Origin: Macrostomum lignano
Taxonomy: Eukaryota
DNA length: 64,000 nucleotides
Reading direction: 5' to 3'
Assembly (NCBI GenBank): GCA_002269645.1
Contig: NIVC01001419.1
Span: forward strand, 62,001 to 126,000
Made by a program: the position numbers and the translations under genes. The notes beneath the pieces were generated by a model, which ran no database searches, was not told the DNA's origin, and saw nothing but the letters and a program-made list of their open reading frames with translations. Positions 39,700 through 53,235 of this stretch are shown piece after piece (the first letter of the stretch is position 1; the number at the start of each line of letters is the position of its first letter).

Positions 39700-40140
39700 T
39701 GTCCCGCTGCAGCGTTGTCGGACCATCAGATGCGTAGGTCTCTCGTTGAGCTCATGGGGCTGGGCTCGCCGGTGGTGTCTCTGGAAGCACAATGCCCAGC
39801 TCTTCGCTCGTCTCCTTTCCTAATCGTGTCCGTCACGATGATGAAGTTGATGCTGGCGCTGATGTTGTAGACGGCGGTCTCAAGCTTGGCCATCCCGAGC
39901 GTAGCCAGCGGCTTCCTGGAGCCGAACGTGTGCACTCGACGCTTTCATGCCTGGAGATCCCCTGCCCTGCCTCCGATTGACCAGAATGTCTTCAGGCTCA
40001 TCAGGTTGCAGCCGGCGCCGCTGTCGATCAGAAGGTCGGCTTTGCGGCTCCTGATGGCCGCCTTGACGTGCGGCAGGCGATTCCTTCGCCTGATTCGAGA
40101 TCTCTGCCATTCCGTGGGTAGTCCACTGAAATTCATTCAG
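39700..40140 (-). mobile_element. decayed LTR-retrotransposon aspartic protease fragment
   Basis: ADLLIDSGAGCNLMS carries the retropepsin D-S-G motif. The continuation is frameshifted and no RT was seen. Confidence 0.6.
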
Positions 40141-40892
40141 TGGGCCCTGCCCCAACATATGCGCCATTCTACACTATGTAGAGACTGCCCTCGGGTAGTC
40201 CTCTTTCGATATCTCCCACGAAATTTCCACGGATGAAAATGGAATTTAGAATTTAGATGAAATTCATCAAAACTTACGACTTAGCTACATTACATGCGAC
40301 CCTACATGTGTATAACTGGCTCAATACTTATTTCAGAGTTCAGAGCAGTCATCAGAGCAAAGATGGACGTGCTTAGGCATGAGGACCTTGAAGAACGCAT
40401 GTCGGAATATGCCCAAATACGAGCCGCAGCTGGGCTGGCCCAGCACTACTTTCATGAAAACTCATCTGGAACTATTTGAATCAATTCTTTTTCTCTTAGT
40501 AACAGAGAAGCAATCAAGTATGGTAGAGCCATTTTAATTCTCCAATAAAGAAGAATTATAATATCAAAATAAATACAGGTTTATATACTACAATCGTATT
40601 TCCTAAAATAGTCAGTAATTAAGACGAAAATAGATATTCAATTGACGACTTAGGGTCTTAATAAGTCTTACAAAGTTAAAAATCTTTGAATTAGAAATCT
40701 TTGGATTAATAAGCTGCAGCCACACGTACGAGGCTGTAATAAAACAATCAACTCTGTAACGTATATATTTTTAACAAATATATATTGCCAGTAAAATTAG
40801 ACTAAGGGATTTAAATTGTATGACTTGAAATTAAGTTGAGAAGACGCTTTTGCTTTTCTTTTACGATATTAGAAGCGAACGTACATGTATAT

Positions 40893-41717
40893 ACCTGTAG
40901 GTGACACTGACCAAGGAGTCCTCTCTATACCTGTAGGTGACAGGTGACACTGACCAAGGAGTCCTCTCTATACCTGTAGGTGACAGGTGACACTGACCAA
41001 GGAGTCCTCTCTATACCTGTAGGTGACAGGTGACACTGACCAAGGAGTCCTCTCTATACCTGTAGGTGACAGGTGACACTGACCAAGGAGTCCTCTATAC
41101 CTGTAGGTGACAGGTGACACTGACCAAGGAGTCCTCTCTATACCTGTAGGTGACAGGTGACACTGACCAAGGAGTCCTCTCTATACCTGTAGGTGACAGG
41201 TGACACTGACCAAGGAGTCCTCTCTATACCTGTAGGTGACAGGTGACACTGACTAAGGAGTCCTCTCTATACCTGTAGGTGACAGGTGACACTGACCAAG
41301 GAGTCCTCTATACCTGTAGGTGACAGGTGACACTGACCAAGGAGTCCTCTCTATACCTGTAGGTGAGAGGTGACACTGACCAAGGAGTCCTCTATACCTG
41401 TAGGTGACAGGTGACACTGACCAAGGAGTCCTCTATACCTGTAGGTGACAGGTGACACTGACCAAGGAGTCCTCTATACCTGTAGGTGAGAGGTGACACT
41501 GACCAAGGAGTCCTCTATACCTGTAGGTGACAGGTGACACTGACCAAGGAGTCCTCTATACCTGTAGGTGACAGGTGACACTGATTAAGGAGTCCTCTAT
41601 ACCTGTAGGTGACAGGTGACACTGACCAAGGAGTCCTCTATACCTGTAGGTGACAGGTGACACTGACCAAGGAGTCCTCTATACCTGTAGGTGACAGGTG
41701 ACACTGATTAAGGAGTC
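40893..41717. repeat. 41/43-bp minisatellite, about 19 copies
   Basis: The unit is ACCTGTAGGTGACAGGTGACACTGACCAAGGAGTCCTCT(CT)AT. Confidence 0.95.
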
Positions 41718-42336
41718 CTATATATACGGCTGGGAGCAGTGCCCGTGTTAAATAAGACCAGTAGAGGCTAGCAGCAACTGTTGCATCTGTGGGAAAACCT
41801 GCAACGTCTGCAACAAGCCAGGCTCTACATGCTGATCTGCTGTTCAAAGATCGGTTCCGGGACTGCATCCACTGTATACACGGAGCAGAAGAGACGTGGG
41901 CCACCAGCTGCTGCAAGATCCACGGAGCGCGAAGCCAGGGTCGGGAGTCACCGATCGCGTGTCTATCAGCTTTATCGTCTATTTTATCCTTTCTGTTGAG
42001 TTTTTTACGCTTGAATGTAAATCAAAATGATGTTTTTTCTACTCTGTTTTATGTGCCCGATAAGATAAAGATCAACATGTTCTGGAAAATAGTTTGTCAC
42101 ACAGACAGATAGACAGACAGAGAAATAAAGAACTCATAAAACTGGCTCAAAGCAGTGCTATTCTTGAATTTATGCTTCATTGTGTCAGTTTGCTTCACCA
42201 TGCTGCTGCTTATTTTTCTTTATCAATCAGACAGTCTTTCATCATCAATACAGCGTATTGCAAGGTCTCAACACAAGCTACGAGCTTCAAATTTATAAAG
42301 TACTCAAAGAGCTACAAAGTTATTCAAAGTTGGTAG

Positions 42337-45300
42337 TCAAGCAGTTTTCCTGCCAAGACGCCACCGGACCCGGATGCGGCCAACATTGCGCCGCATCAGA
42401 CGAACGTCCCTGGTGATGGTGGTCAGGTCCAGCACAATGATGGTTGTGAAGAACACGATCAAGATGACGATGACCACCACTCCCAGCGACTGGGCGCCGC
42501 TGGCCTCCTTGGCTGGCGGGGTGTACTTTTTACCACCGGTCATCACAATTGATTCCGTGCGTTCTGGAAGTACATGTAAATTGATTTTGAGACCGTGATG
42601 GGAAATTATAGTTGAGTAGAAACTTACAGTTGCACTTTGAACTACGAATTTTTCTAGTTAGCTTCGAAGATAATTGGTAGCGCTAATTAAGACCTGCTAT
42701 TGCACTCGAAGTCGACTAATTTAATCGGACCTCGGAAGATTCGAACTAGAGTGGATTGGGGCGCCAGCACCTGAAGCACCCTGGATATACGATCCTGTAT
42801 GGCATACCCATCACCAACCGTTTGATGACTGAGAACTCTTGAAACAGTTGAATCACGTAATTATACGAGTATATTTCTTAATTTAGCCCCCATCGGGATA
42901 ATTGCATACATGTACATATCCGAGCGTATAAATATACTACTGATTAATGTGTAGCGAGCAGTAGTACTTACTGCCCTCATTTCGTACAGCAATCTGACGT
43001 CGCAGACAAATATGTACTTTTTTTGTACATATTTTTGTAACATTACATCGATGGATAACGACGTCATATGTAACATTACATCGACGGATAACGAAGTCAT
43101 ATGTAACATTACATCTACGGATAAAGACGTCATACGTCGGCTGAACGTCGGTGCAATGTACAGTAAAAGTACACATCTGTCATCGATATCACCGATGTCG
43201 GGTTGCTGAACGGGTATATTGCTACTATTTCGCAAGACAATTAAAATAAGCATTCATGTATATCTTTCTCTTTCAGTAGGTGAGTAGCAGAATGGTGAAG
43301 TTTGTTTTTCATCCATTGGTATAAGAACTATGAAATCAAAATGGATAAACTGGTTATGAAACCACCTCAGGGCCAAATACGTGTATGTACTCTCCGTATA
43401 GCTTTAAGTGATCTTCGGATGTACAGACGGTGATAGACACCGAAAACAGAAGCGAACAACTCACTGATGCAGGCGGAAATTTTGCTGCTCCAAGTGCCGC
43501 TTGATGCGCACGAAACAGCATAGGTAGTGACGATTTCGAACCGGCCAGTGTCCGTATTGAGAACGTTCATTTCGTAGTTGTACTGGCAGTACACTCGAAC
43601 TCTGGTGTTGTAGGACATGTCAAACTCCTGTGAGAACTGGCGAATGCTCAAGTTTCGCTGAGCACCCGTGACCGGATCCCTCACTGTCATCGTGTCGTTG
43701 AGATTGGAATCGGCCAGAGCTCTGGGCAGGTCGCTCTGCTGAGCCGGAATCACAATCTCGTTAGTGAGGCACGTGATCGCTGTTGGATGAGTTTGGAGAT
43801 GGGAGAGTGACAGTCAGTTTGACAAGCATTCAATTTTTAACTCATGCCTACCACAGAAAATACCCCAGAAAAACGAATTTCATTGTTAATTTTGGCCAAA
43901 TTTATAGTCAGGCTTGTACAATTAGTTTAAAAAAATTGCATCAGATCGGAACCTCGTGTGTAAATGATGAGCACAAAGTTTGATAAACTGAATCTTACAA
44001 GTAAATCAGGTCCAAAATGCTTTACATGTAAGTATCGATAGTTGGTACTATATAGAAATTTGCACGTCTAAAGTTTACTGATTCAGCTCAGATTTTAGAC
44101 AAAAAACCCAACTCAATCCCCAGATTTGGAGAAACTCAAAGACTACTCAAGCAGAAGCACGGTAATAAATAATAATAATTTTATAATTGATTACACCTGC
44201 CCTAATGGGCTGATGTGCAACCGACAGCTCAGCCGCAGCTATTGCGCGGCGCATCTGAAGGCTGCGTACGGCTGTTCAGTCCAAGGAGGCCGTCACCCAC
44301 CCTCAATTACCCCAGCTAATGCTGGCACCCATTTTACAGCTGGGTGAACTAAAGCAATGCAGAGTTGTTTCTTGCCCAGGGACACAAATAATTGTTCCAG
44401 TGGGATCGAGAATCGAACTCCGACCTTCAAATAGTGTGTCTGGCGCTCTAACCACTAATCTACAACCCCCTTTAAAAAATTTGTAACAAAAAAATAAAGC
44501 AGATGCATACAACCAATAAGTCGAGCTGTGCCATTTTTGTGCTGAAAAAATGAAAAACCTTCATTCTCCATAATGCATTTTTGTCGGTAAAATCTGCGTC
44601 CTAATAAAATTTCCAACAACCGTAGTTTACCGTCCTCCTACTTGAGTATATAAATCCTTCAGGCTTTCGCGGCACGAGGATTTCCGACTTTTTGCCCTAG
44701 ATAACCTGCTGGATTTGTATTCCTTCTTGATTTTGCGGGCGGGCCGAGAAACCACATTCTTCGGCCCGCGAGTCAAACTGCATTTGCTTCAGTCTAAGTT
44801 CAGTGCAAGTCCTGATTCTCGGCCCGCAAGAAAATGGAATTTGTCTATGGCACAAAATGCAAACTGTATTTCATTTTAGCTCTGAGCCTAAAAGAGCGAC
44901 TGACAAAGTAATACGCTCGTAATTAGTCTAACTTTTTATTAAAACTGAATTCCTTTAACTCCTGACCCGAGCGTTCTGAGAACATGATAGACTACTCCTG
45001 TATAGAAGGAGGCGAGATTTCTGGGTTGCAGCGCGAAGAAATCGACTTTGTATGCCAACTCCGTGGCCGTGGGCGAATGTTCAATCAGTACACTGGCTTG
45101 CCTGTGCCTGGAATTGGAGTCAGCAAGGCGCTCGACAACGGCCTGTTGGATGATCTTATAAGTGATTTTCCTATAAGTGAGTTCCTCTGAACGCCATGTA
45201 CTGTAAAGACGGCGTGGGTTGCACCACAAGACTATATTAAATCGTTACTGTTGTCCTCTTTGTAATGTTGCACTTTTAACGTTTTAAATACAATCGTTTC

Positions 45301-48300
45301 GGCTTCGTCTATGGCCAAGCCCGATATCGGGCAGAGAATGGGCCATTTCTTAAGCAGTCTTGCCCGCAAAATCAAGCAGGAGTAGTCTTTGGCGAAACTA
45401 TACACGTCGCTAAAATAGCAGCGGTTATCAATCTCCTCACGTTTGCACCCCATGACATCGCTGCTCAGAATTGTCCCGTCGACCGGCGTCCAGACGCCGA
45501 CATTCCTGGACCCGTTGCCGGGCAGAGCGCACTGCAGCGACTTGTCGTACTTCCGGTCCATGAAGAAGTAGCCAGAGAGGCGGCAGCGGATCGACACCAC
45601 GTTGGGATAGAAGGGAAACCGGTTGCTCTCTACGGCTGAGTAGGATCGGTCCTTGCTGCGGTCGTAGGCCTTGTAGGCCAGCATCAGGTCCGGGTCGAAG
45701 AAGGGCATCGGCGACTTGCAATGCACAGCTGCCCGGGTGCGGAAATTTGATGTATATAGTTGACTTTGAACTCAGAATTGGTAAGTTTTTTATTTGGCAC
45801 GATGAATATAATGTGAAACATCTCGATTACAGATTAAAGATTACAGCATCTCATTCTCTGATTCCAAATCCAAAATCTTACCCCCGATATAAAGTTTAAT
45901 CCCAGATCCCTTAATTTTACCCACAGGTCCCTCAATCTAACCTTCAGATCAGATCCCTCAATCTCACCTTCAGATCCCTCAATCTCACCCTCAGATCCCT
46001 CAATCTCACCCTCAGATCCCTCAATATCACCCTCAGATCCCTCAATCTCACCTTCAGATTAGATCTCTCAATCTCACCCTCAGATCCCTCAATCTCACCC
46101 TCAGATCCCTCAATCTCACCCTCGGATCCCTCAATCTCACCCTCAGTTCCCTCAATCTCACCTTCAGATCTCATTGAAGGTTAGAATCTCACCTTCAGAT
46201 CCCTCAATCTCACCCTCAGATCCCTCAATTTCAACTTCAGATCAGATCCCTCAATCTCACTCTCGGATCCCTCAATCTCACCCTCAGATCCCTCAATTTC
46301 AACTTCAGATCAGATCCCTCAATCTCACTCTCGGATCCCTCAATCTCACCCTCAGATCCCTCAATCTCACTCTCGGATCCCTCAATCTCACCCTCAGATC
46401 CCTCAATTTCAACTTCAGATTAGATCTCTCAATCTCACCCTCAGATCCCTCAATCTCACCTTCAGATCTCACTGAAGGTTAGAATCTCACCTTCTATCTC
46501 ACCTTCAGCTCCCTCATTATCACTCTCAGATCCCTCAATCTCACCCTCAAATCCTTCAATCTCACCTTCAGATCAGATCAGATCCCTCAATCTCACCCTC
46601 AGATCCCTTAATCTCACCTTCAGATCAGATCTCTCAATCTCACCCTCATATCCCCTGATTCCACCCACAAACCTGAATCCCACTTCACATCCTCCAGTTT
46701 TCATTCCCTATGATCCCTATCGATAATGACTGGCTATAGCTATACATTAAGTTGAAGAGTTTCTCACCAGAGCACACAGACAGACTGGGCGGCATCCACA
46801 TTCCCAGGCTGGGATTGAGGTCGCTCTGTCCGCATTCCACTGTAGTGTTGGTGCTCGTATCGTCATAGTAGCTTACGTAGCCCAGTTGGCACTGGACGGG
46901 CACTTTTTCACCGAATGAGTACATTTTGGCAGCGACTACGCTGGATTTGTAAGTGTCCTCTGCATCCGGTATCTGGGTGACGTTCAGCAGCTGCCAGCCT
47001 TTGCAATGAATGGCTGAAATTCAAGGGAAAAGGTCCACGATTAAAGGTGCTTAGTGTGAAATAAAAATTTGTCTCAACATGTATCCTCAGCTTAGGTTTC
47101 TCAATCGCCTTGTCTAATCGTCCAGTACCAGCTCAAAGAGCTCGAAGAATGACAGGAGATCAACTTTTGTCACCGCCTCGACGTGGCATCGACCGTCACA
47201 AACCCATCAAGATACAGTGGCGCCCACCGAGAAACAGTGGCACCTACCAAGAGACAGAGGCACCTACCAAGAGACAGGGGTATACCTACTAAGAGACAGG
47301 GGCTTCTACTAAGAGACAAGGGCGGTCACTAAGAGACAGGGGCGGTCACTAAGAGACAGGGGCGGTCACTAAGAGACAGGGGTTTCTACTAAGAGACAAG
47401 GGCAGTCACTAAGAGACAGGGGCGGTCACTAAGAGACAGGGGCGGTCACTAAGAGACAGGGGCGGTCACTAAGAGACAGGGGCGGTCACTAAGAGACAGG
47501 GGCGGTTCCCAAGAGACAGAGGCACCTACCAACAGACAGAGGCACCTACCAAGAGACAGAGGCACCTACCAAGAGACAGAGGCACCTACCAACAGACAGA
47601 GGCACCTACCAAGAGACAGAGGCACCTACCAACAGACAGAGGCACCTACCAAGAGACAGAGGCACCTACCAACAGACAGAGGCACCTACCAAGAGACTGA
47701 GGCACCTACCAAGAGACAGGGGTACCTACTAAGAGACAGGGGCGCCCACCACGACACAAAATATTGGCGCCTCCCCAATAAAGGCGGGGGGTGTGCGGCC
47801 TCCTTCCTGTCTACGCCACTGACTCGACTCCTCTAAGTAGTCTTTTAAATGAGCTTGATTGCAAAATGGTTGTCTAGTTCCTCCTTTGAATAGTTCTGTG
47901 TGAGTATTTGAGTCAGCTTAAAGTTCGCCAGGTGGGCCTGCTAAAAAGCTAGTCTGTGGTCATGACTGCGCAACATGGATGAATGAATAGAATGGATTGC
48001 TATTCTGGCTCTGGCTATTTTCGTTTTTGACTCTTTTGCATCCGGTTCCCCCCCGTGCCTTTTCATTGGTTGATGATTGCCATAGACAATTTTCGGCCTT
48101 CGCCCCTTTCTTTCGATGCACAAGCGCAAAGAACTGATTTTATTGTAGACGAATCGACTCTCGAATCGTGCTTGTAGGTCTTCCCCCTTTATTTCAAAAC
48201 ACGAGCGAAAGCGCTTGTGCATCGAAAGAAAGGGGCGAAGGCCGAAAATTGTCTATGGCAATCATCAACCAATGAAAAGGCACGGGGGGAACCGGATGCA

Positions 48301-51300
48301 AAAGAGTCAAAAACGAAAATAGTCAGAGCCAGAATAGCAATCCATTCTATTCATTCATCCATGCTGCGCAACCGACTGACCTCCTGGTCCACCTTACAGC
48401 CATAGGTCTACAAATATATTTTCGCAGCTCACGTTCGCAGCTCTCCAACTCCAGAGGGGCGCCAATCTGCACAAAGCTTGACGTGCCGCCGTAAGGATTT
48501 TTAGGATCCGGCGTGAACTGGCAGAAGTAGCGATGCCTTTCAGCAATTTCGCTGGACTTGGCCGACCCGGTTGAAGAGGACGCTACAAACGACCTGTCAG
48601 TGAGTTGCACCTCCGACTGCCGATAGTAACCCGGGGCGCAGTTGAACCGCACCGTCTGATTGATGTACGGACGGGCGCTCAGCGACATGCTTGAGTTTGA
48701 GTAGCCCGGCACAGAGCTCGGATCGCAGCGTGGGACTGTTTGGAGTGAAGAGGGGACGCATTATATAATGGCGCGCATTTTGAAGGCGTGCAACTGAATG
48801 CAACTTCTGAAGGTCTCCTAGCATCCACCGGCCTGCGTGTGTGGCAACCGACTTTGCAGCAGAGCAACCAATTTTCTTGAATCCATTGCCGCATGTTGCC
48901 TCATAACTCATAAGTTTACGACTCGTTTCGCATGCTTGTTAATGCAAGATTTTTTCTCTTGGTCTCGGGTCAGTCATCAAATTTATTCTGAACGAGTGGA
49001 ACTCCTCCTCTGGAGGAGAAAGGGGAAGAACTCCCATCACCGGAATTCTGAAGGGGAAGAACTTCCATCAGCTAAAATTCCATGACTTGAATCCCATCTT
49101 CCAAATCATCTCCAAATCCTATACAATGCATTTCAATTACCGGATATCTTGTTTTCCCTATTTGCAAAAACTCACTGGCATTGTCCAGACTCGGACTCTC
49201 ATGTCTCTGCTCTCATTTCTCATATCTCATTTCTCTCATATCACCCTCTCCTTTCTTATCTCCCATCTTTCTGCCCTCCTTACTACCGTCTCCTGTCTCC
49301 TCTCTTTTCTCTCCTCTCCATTTTCTCTTCGCTCCTTTCCTTTCTCCTCTTATCTTCTCCCCTCTCTTCTCAAATCTCTCTCTCTCTCTTATTTTCTCAC
49401 TCATCTCTTTTCTCATCGCATCTCTCATCTCTCCTCTTCTCCTCACTACTTTCCTCTCTTAACTCTCTAATCTCTGATCTTTCATCTCTCTCCTCTCTCT
49501 CTTCTCCTTTCGCTTCTCTCTCCTCTCTCTCCTCTCATCTCTACTACCTTATTTATATCTTCTCCCTGGTCTTTTGTCTGTACTCTCTTCTCTCTATTTT
49601 TTATTCTATGTACATTTGGTACATGCCTATGCCTAAGAACCATTAAAATGGCTCGGCTCGGCTCATTGGTTTTATGAGTCTATTTTGTCTTCTTAGCTCA
49701 CTATGTAACAATATGTGCAACAGAGATGTGCCATGCATTTTTATTATTTTTAGGCACAGAATTTTAGCCTCATAGAATTTTCCAAGATGTACTCAGATCT
49801 TCGGTACCTAATATTGAATATTTTTGGAGGGCAAATCAAGTGCACTTTGTACTTATCTATAAAGTCAAACCCGATGTCGGAATTACTTAATAAGATGAAT
49901 TTCAACTATCATATCACCTGATCAAATGGATGGACGAACTTTGTAGATTTCAAAGTTTAACTTACCCATTGTGCGTCCATTTTTAACCAAAGTTAAACTC
50001 GATATTTTTTGCCATTGTAACCACTTGGTAACCACTCAAAACTTTTTTAGGCTAACATTGTGTGTAAACCTGGACAAAACAACCTCACCTTCATACTCGC
50101 ACACGGGAACAAACTTTGACACTGAGCCATTGGGGTCAACTAGCAGCTCAGAGTTGAAGGTGCTGGTCGATGACAGAGAGGCGGACATGAAGACTCTCTG
50201 GATTGTGTGGTTGCAAGTTAGGCCGGTAATCTGATGACCATTGCTCCATTGGAACTTTGATGTGGTAACTGAAAATTTGGAGTTAAATTTTGCAGGTTAA
50301 AATATGCATCAATTCTATTAGGAAAGTTAAATACCAAATCAACAGGTAAAACGTATAGTCTTAAAAAGATGTCTGAGCACCACTCATTCCTACAGGTGAG
50401 ACATAAGCCCTATGAAGATGTCTGAGCACCACTCACTAATACAGGTGAGACATTATCCCTTTGAAGATGTCTGAGCACCACTCACTCCTACAGGCGAGAC
50501 ATTAGCCCTATGAAGATGGTTGAGCACCGCTCATTCCTACAGGTGAGACATTAGCCCTATGAAGATGTCTGAGCACCACTCACTAATACAGGTGAGACAT
50601 TATCCCTTTGAAGATGTCTGAGCACCACTCACTCCTACAGGCGAGACATTAGCCCTATGAAGATGGTTGAGCACCGCTCATTCCTACAGGTGATGCATAG
50701 CCCTATGAAGATGTCTGAGCACCACTCATTCCTACAGGTGATGCATAGCCCCATGAAGATTTCTGAGCACCACTCATTCCTACAGGTGACGCATAGCCCT
50801 ATGAAGATGTCTGAGCACCACTCATTCCTACAGGTGATGCATAGCCCCATGAAGATATCTGAGCACCACTCACTCCTACAGGTGAGACATTAGCCCCATA
50901 AGATGTCTGAGCACCACTCATTCCTACAGGTGATGCATAGCCCCATGAAGATATCTGAGCACCACTCACTCCTACAGGTGAGACATTAGCCCCATGAAGA
51001 TGTCTGAGCACCACTCATTCCTACAGGTGATGCATAGCCCCATGAAGATGTATATGTAGTAGTAATCTTCAGAAAATTCTGGTCTTACTGTCGCACACAG
51101 CCTCAGTCCACAGTGCCGTGTATCCAAACGACCTACTCAGCAGGTAGTTAAACAGGTACATTCGTTTCGCTTCGCTGTCAGCTCGAACTAGCCGAGCCAC
51201 GCCAGTGCTAGAGATGACGCTGCTATTGCAGAGCTCTGCAGCCTCCGAGTAGGAAGTTCTACTGCGGCTGAACAGCTGGCTGTACAGGCAGAGACCCAGC

Positions 51301-51376
51301 TGCTGGGAGTAGTGCGACTGCCAGGCTTTCGGCTCTTTCGGCTGCAGACACTGGCCTGAGGCGGCGGCCAGGTGGG
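42337..51376 (-). CDS. type I membrane protein: C-type lectin-like domain, four sushi/CCP-like modules, TM, basic tail; 5' incomplete; about 615 aa recovered
   Basis: Exons are 51376-51089, 50268-50089, 48735-48433, 47013-46768, 45728-45441, 43779-43465 and 42563-42337, all GT-AG and all phase 1. The CTLD halves read W..CLY..SYSEAAELC..LV..LW and KFQWSNG..FVPVCEY. The modules follow C...(V/I)xxxCxxG(Y)...C...(W)...C, diverged in places. The TM is VVIVILIVFFTTIIVL. Confidence 0.82.
43034..43135. repeat. 33-bp tandem repeat, about 3 copies
   Basis: ATGTAACATTACATCGACGGATAACGACGTCAT-like units. Confidence 0.85.
44187..44471 (-). mobile_element. tRNA-derived SINE, copy 2 (most complete)
   Basis: The reverse complement has the AGGGGGTTGTAG..TAGTGGTTAGAGCG A box, the GTTCGATTC B box, and TGTGTCCCTGGGCAAGAAAC...CACCCAGCTGTAAAATGGGTGCCAGC. 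It has the same 3' body as copy 1. Confidence 0.85.
45905..46660. repeat. 20-bp minisatellite TCAGATCCCTCAATCTCACC-type
   Basis: Intronic and degenerate; seen directly. Confidence 0.92.
47250..47745. repeat. 20-bp minisatellite AAGAGACAG(GGGCGGTCACT/AGGCACCTACC)
   Basis: Two variant blocks; intronic. Confidence 0.92.
47967..48370. mobile_element. 404-bp foldback/MITE-like element with about 160-bp arms
   Basis: 47967-48127 is the reverse complement of 48211-48370 with about 3 differences and an 83-bp spacer. Confidence 0.8.
49195..49600. repeat. pyrimidine-rich (CT/TCT) low-complexity tract
   Basis: Seen directly. Confidence 0.85.
50366..51048. repeat. 48/49-bp minisatellite, about 14 copies, in the intron splitting the CTLD
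   Basis: The unit is GAAGATGTCTGAGCACCACTCATTCCTACAGGTGATGCATAGCCCCAT, with variants. Confidence 0.93.
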
Positions 51377-51427
51377 CTAGAAATCGAGTAGAAATATTCA
51401 AGTATTCTTTTATAAGCATAGCTATAT

Positions 51428-52430
51428 TGGGGCGCTAGCTACGGGGACGCCAGCTACAAAGGGGGCGCCAGCTACGGGGACGCCAGCTACAAAGGGGGCG
51501 CCAGCTACAGAGCAGGCGCCAGCTACAGAGGGGGCGCCAGCTACAGAGGGGGCGCCAGCTACAGAGAGGGCGCCAGCTACAGAGGGGGCGCCAGCTACAA
51601 AAGGGGCGCCAGCTACAAAGGGGGCGCCAGCTACATGAAGGGGCGCCAGCTACATGAAGGGGCGCCAGCTACAGAGGGGGCGCCAGCTACAGAGAGGGCG
51701 CCAGCTACAGAGAAGGCGCCAGCTACAGAGCAGGCGCCAGCTACAGAGGGGGCGCCAGCTACAGAGGGGGCACCAGCTACAGAGGGGGCGCCAGCTACAG
51801 AGGGGGCGCCAGCTACAGAGAGGGCGCCAGCTACAGAGGGGGCGCCAGCTACAGAGGGGGCGCCAGCTACAGAGGGGCGCCAGCTACAGAGGGGGCGCCA
51901 GCTACAGAGGGGGCGCCAGCTACATGAAGGGGCGCCAGCTACAGAGGGGGCGCCAGCTACAGAGAGGGCGCCAGCTACAGAGAAGGCGCCAGCTACAGAG
52001 CAGGCGCCAGCTACAGAGGGGGCGCCAGCTACAGAGGGGGCACCAGCTACAGAGGGGGCGCCAGCTACAGAGGGGGCGCCAGCTACAGAGAGGGCGCCAG
52101 CTACAGAGGGGGCGCCAGCTACAGAGGGGGCGCCAGCTACAGAGGGGGCGCCAGCTACAGAGGGGGCGCCAGCTACAGAGAGGGCGCCAGCTACAGAGGG
52201 GGCGCCAGCTACATGAAGGGGCGCCAGCTACATGAAGGGGCGCCAGCTACATGAAGGGGCGCTAGCTACAGAGGGGGCGCCAGCTACAGAGGGGGCGCCA
52301 GCTACAGAGGGGGCGCCAGCTACGGAGAGGGCGCCAGCTACAGAGGGGGCGCCAGCTACGGAGAGGGCGCCAGCTACAGAGAAGGCGCCAGCTACAGAGG
52401 GGCGCCAGCTACAGAGGGGGCGCCAGCTAG
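51428..52430. repeat. 18-bp minisatellite GGGGCGCCAGCTACAGAG, about 55 copies
   Basis: Seen directly. An internal higher-order duplication is visible in the repeated TERAPATEKAPATEQAP translation. Confidence 0.96.
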
Positions 52431-53235
52431 GGTGCAGCTACAGAGATTCAATTGGTATTTATGGATGGACTACATGTATGATGCTAGTCTGGTATTATCT
52501 CATTACATGCATATCAATCCATCAATTCGTGTCTACATATGCTTTATTAGTGGATAATCCATGATGAAACTCACCAGAAAACAATAAAAGCAGTTTCAAT
52601 CCCAGAGTCTCAGGCATGTCAATCGTGACTGGCTGCAGATATAGAATGGCGGGCGGTGTTGGCTCAATCCGTTCCCTTTATCTCAAGGAAGTCAAGTAAA
52701 AAAGTTTAACAAATAATAAGTTTAATGTTTATGTAGAATTCCTAAGTCGGGCTTAGCCGAGAGCGCCGAGGTGATACTTTTATCAACATCTGCGTTTTCC
52801 CGTCCCTGCCGTCGTTGGGGTGGCTGTTTGCATGGTTAGCCACGATTGGGGGTTTTTGGCAATGGAATTGTGAGACACAGTCTCCAAAATAATGTACAGA
52901 GCAAGCGTGTTGTCATGGGAGAACAGGATAAGTTGTTTGAGGGTGTTTAGCTCGCATTTGTTGCGTTGGAGCAGTTGGGAGGTACCAGTAGGTCTGTTGA
53001 GTCCCTTCGGTTGCCATGCTCCGCGGGGTTGGCTGTCGGTCTCGGATGAGGCCGCATGATCAGGTGAGATCACCCACCCTCCCCAGAGTTTTCCAAGGAC
53101 CACTGGAAGTTGCCGTTTTATCAGGACGTACCGGTATTGCAAAATTCCACTTGTTTGCGTGTATTTAGCGATGCTTGCCTTTAAAGAAAGTTTCAAAAAA
53201 CCTGCACTAGCTTTAACATAATGTTATTGCTATAA

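Noticed and set aside
44939-45229. ORF as a LINE 3' fragment or an extra exon
   Set aside because: There is only a vague resemblance and no diagnostic motif. The flanking sushi exons splice in phase without it.
47215-47821. Transposon bounded by CAGTGGCG...CGCCACTG around the 20-bp array
   Set aside because: Only 8 bp are inverted, and the flanks (TCAAGATA versus ACTCGACT) show no TSD.
31409-48210. Both inverted repeats have 83-bp spacers
   Set aside because: The arms and spacers share no sequence, so this is treated as coincidence.
52783-53196. 137-aa minus-strand ORF as the 5' exon of the lectin-sushi gene
   Set aside because: It has no signal peptide, recognisable domain or convincing splice sites.
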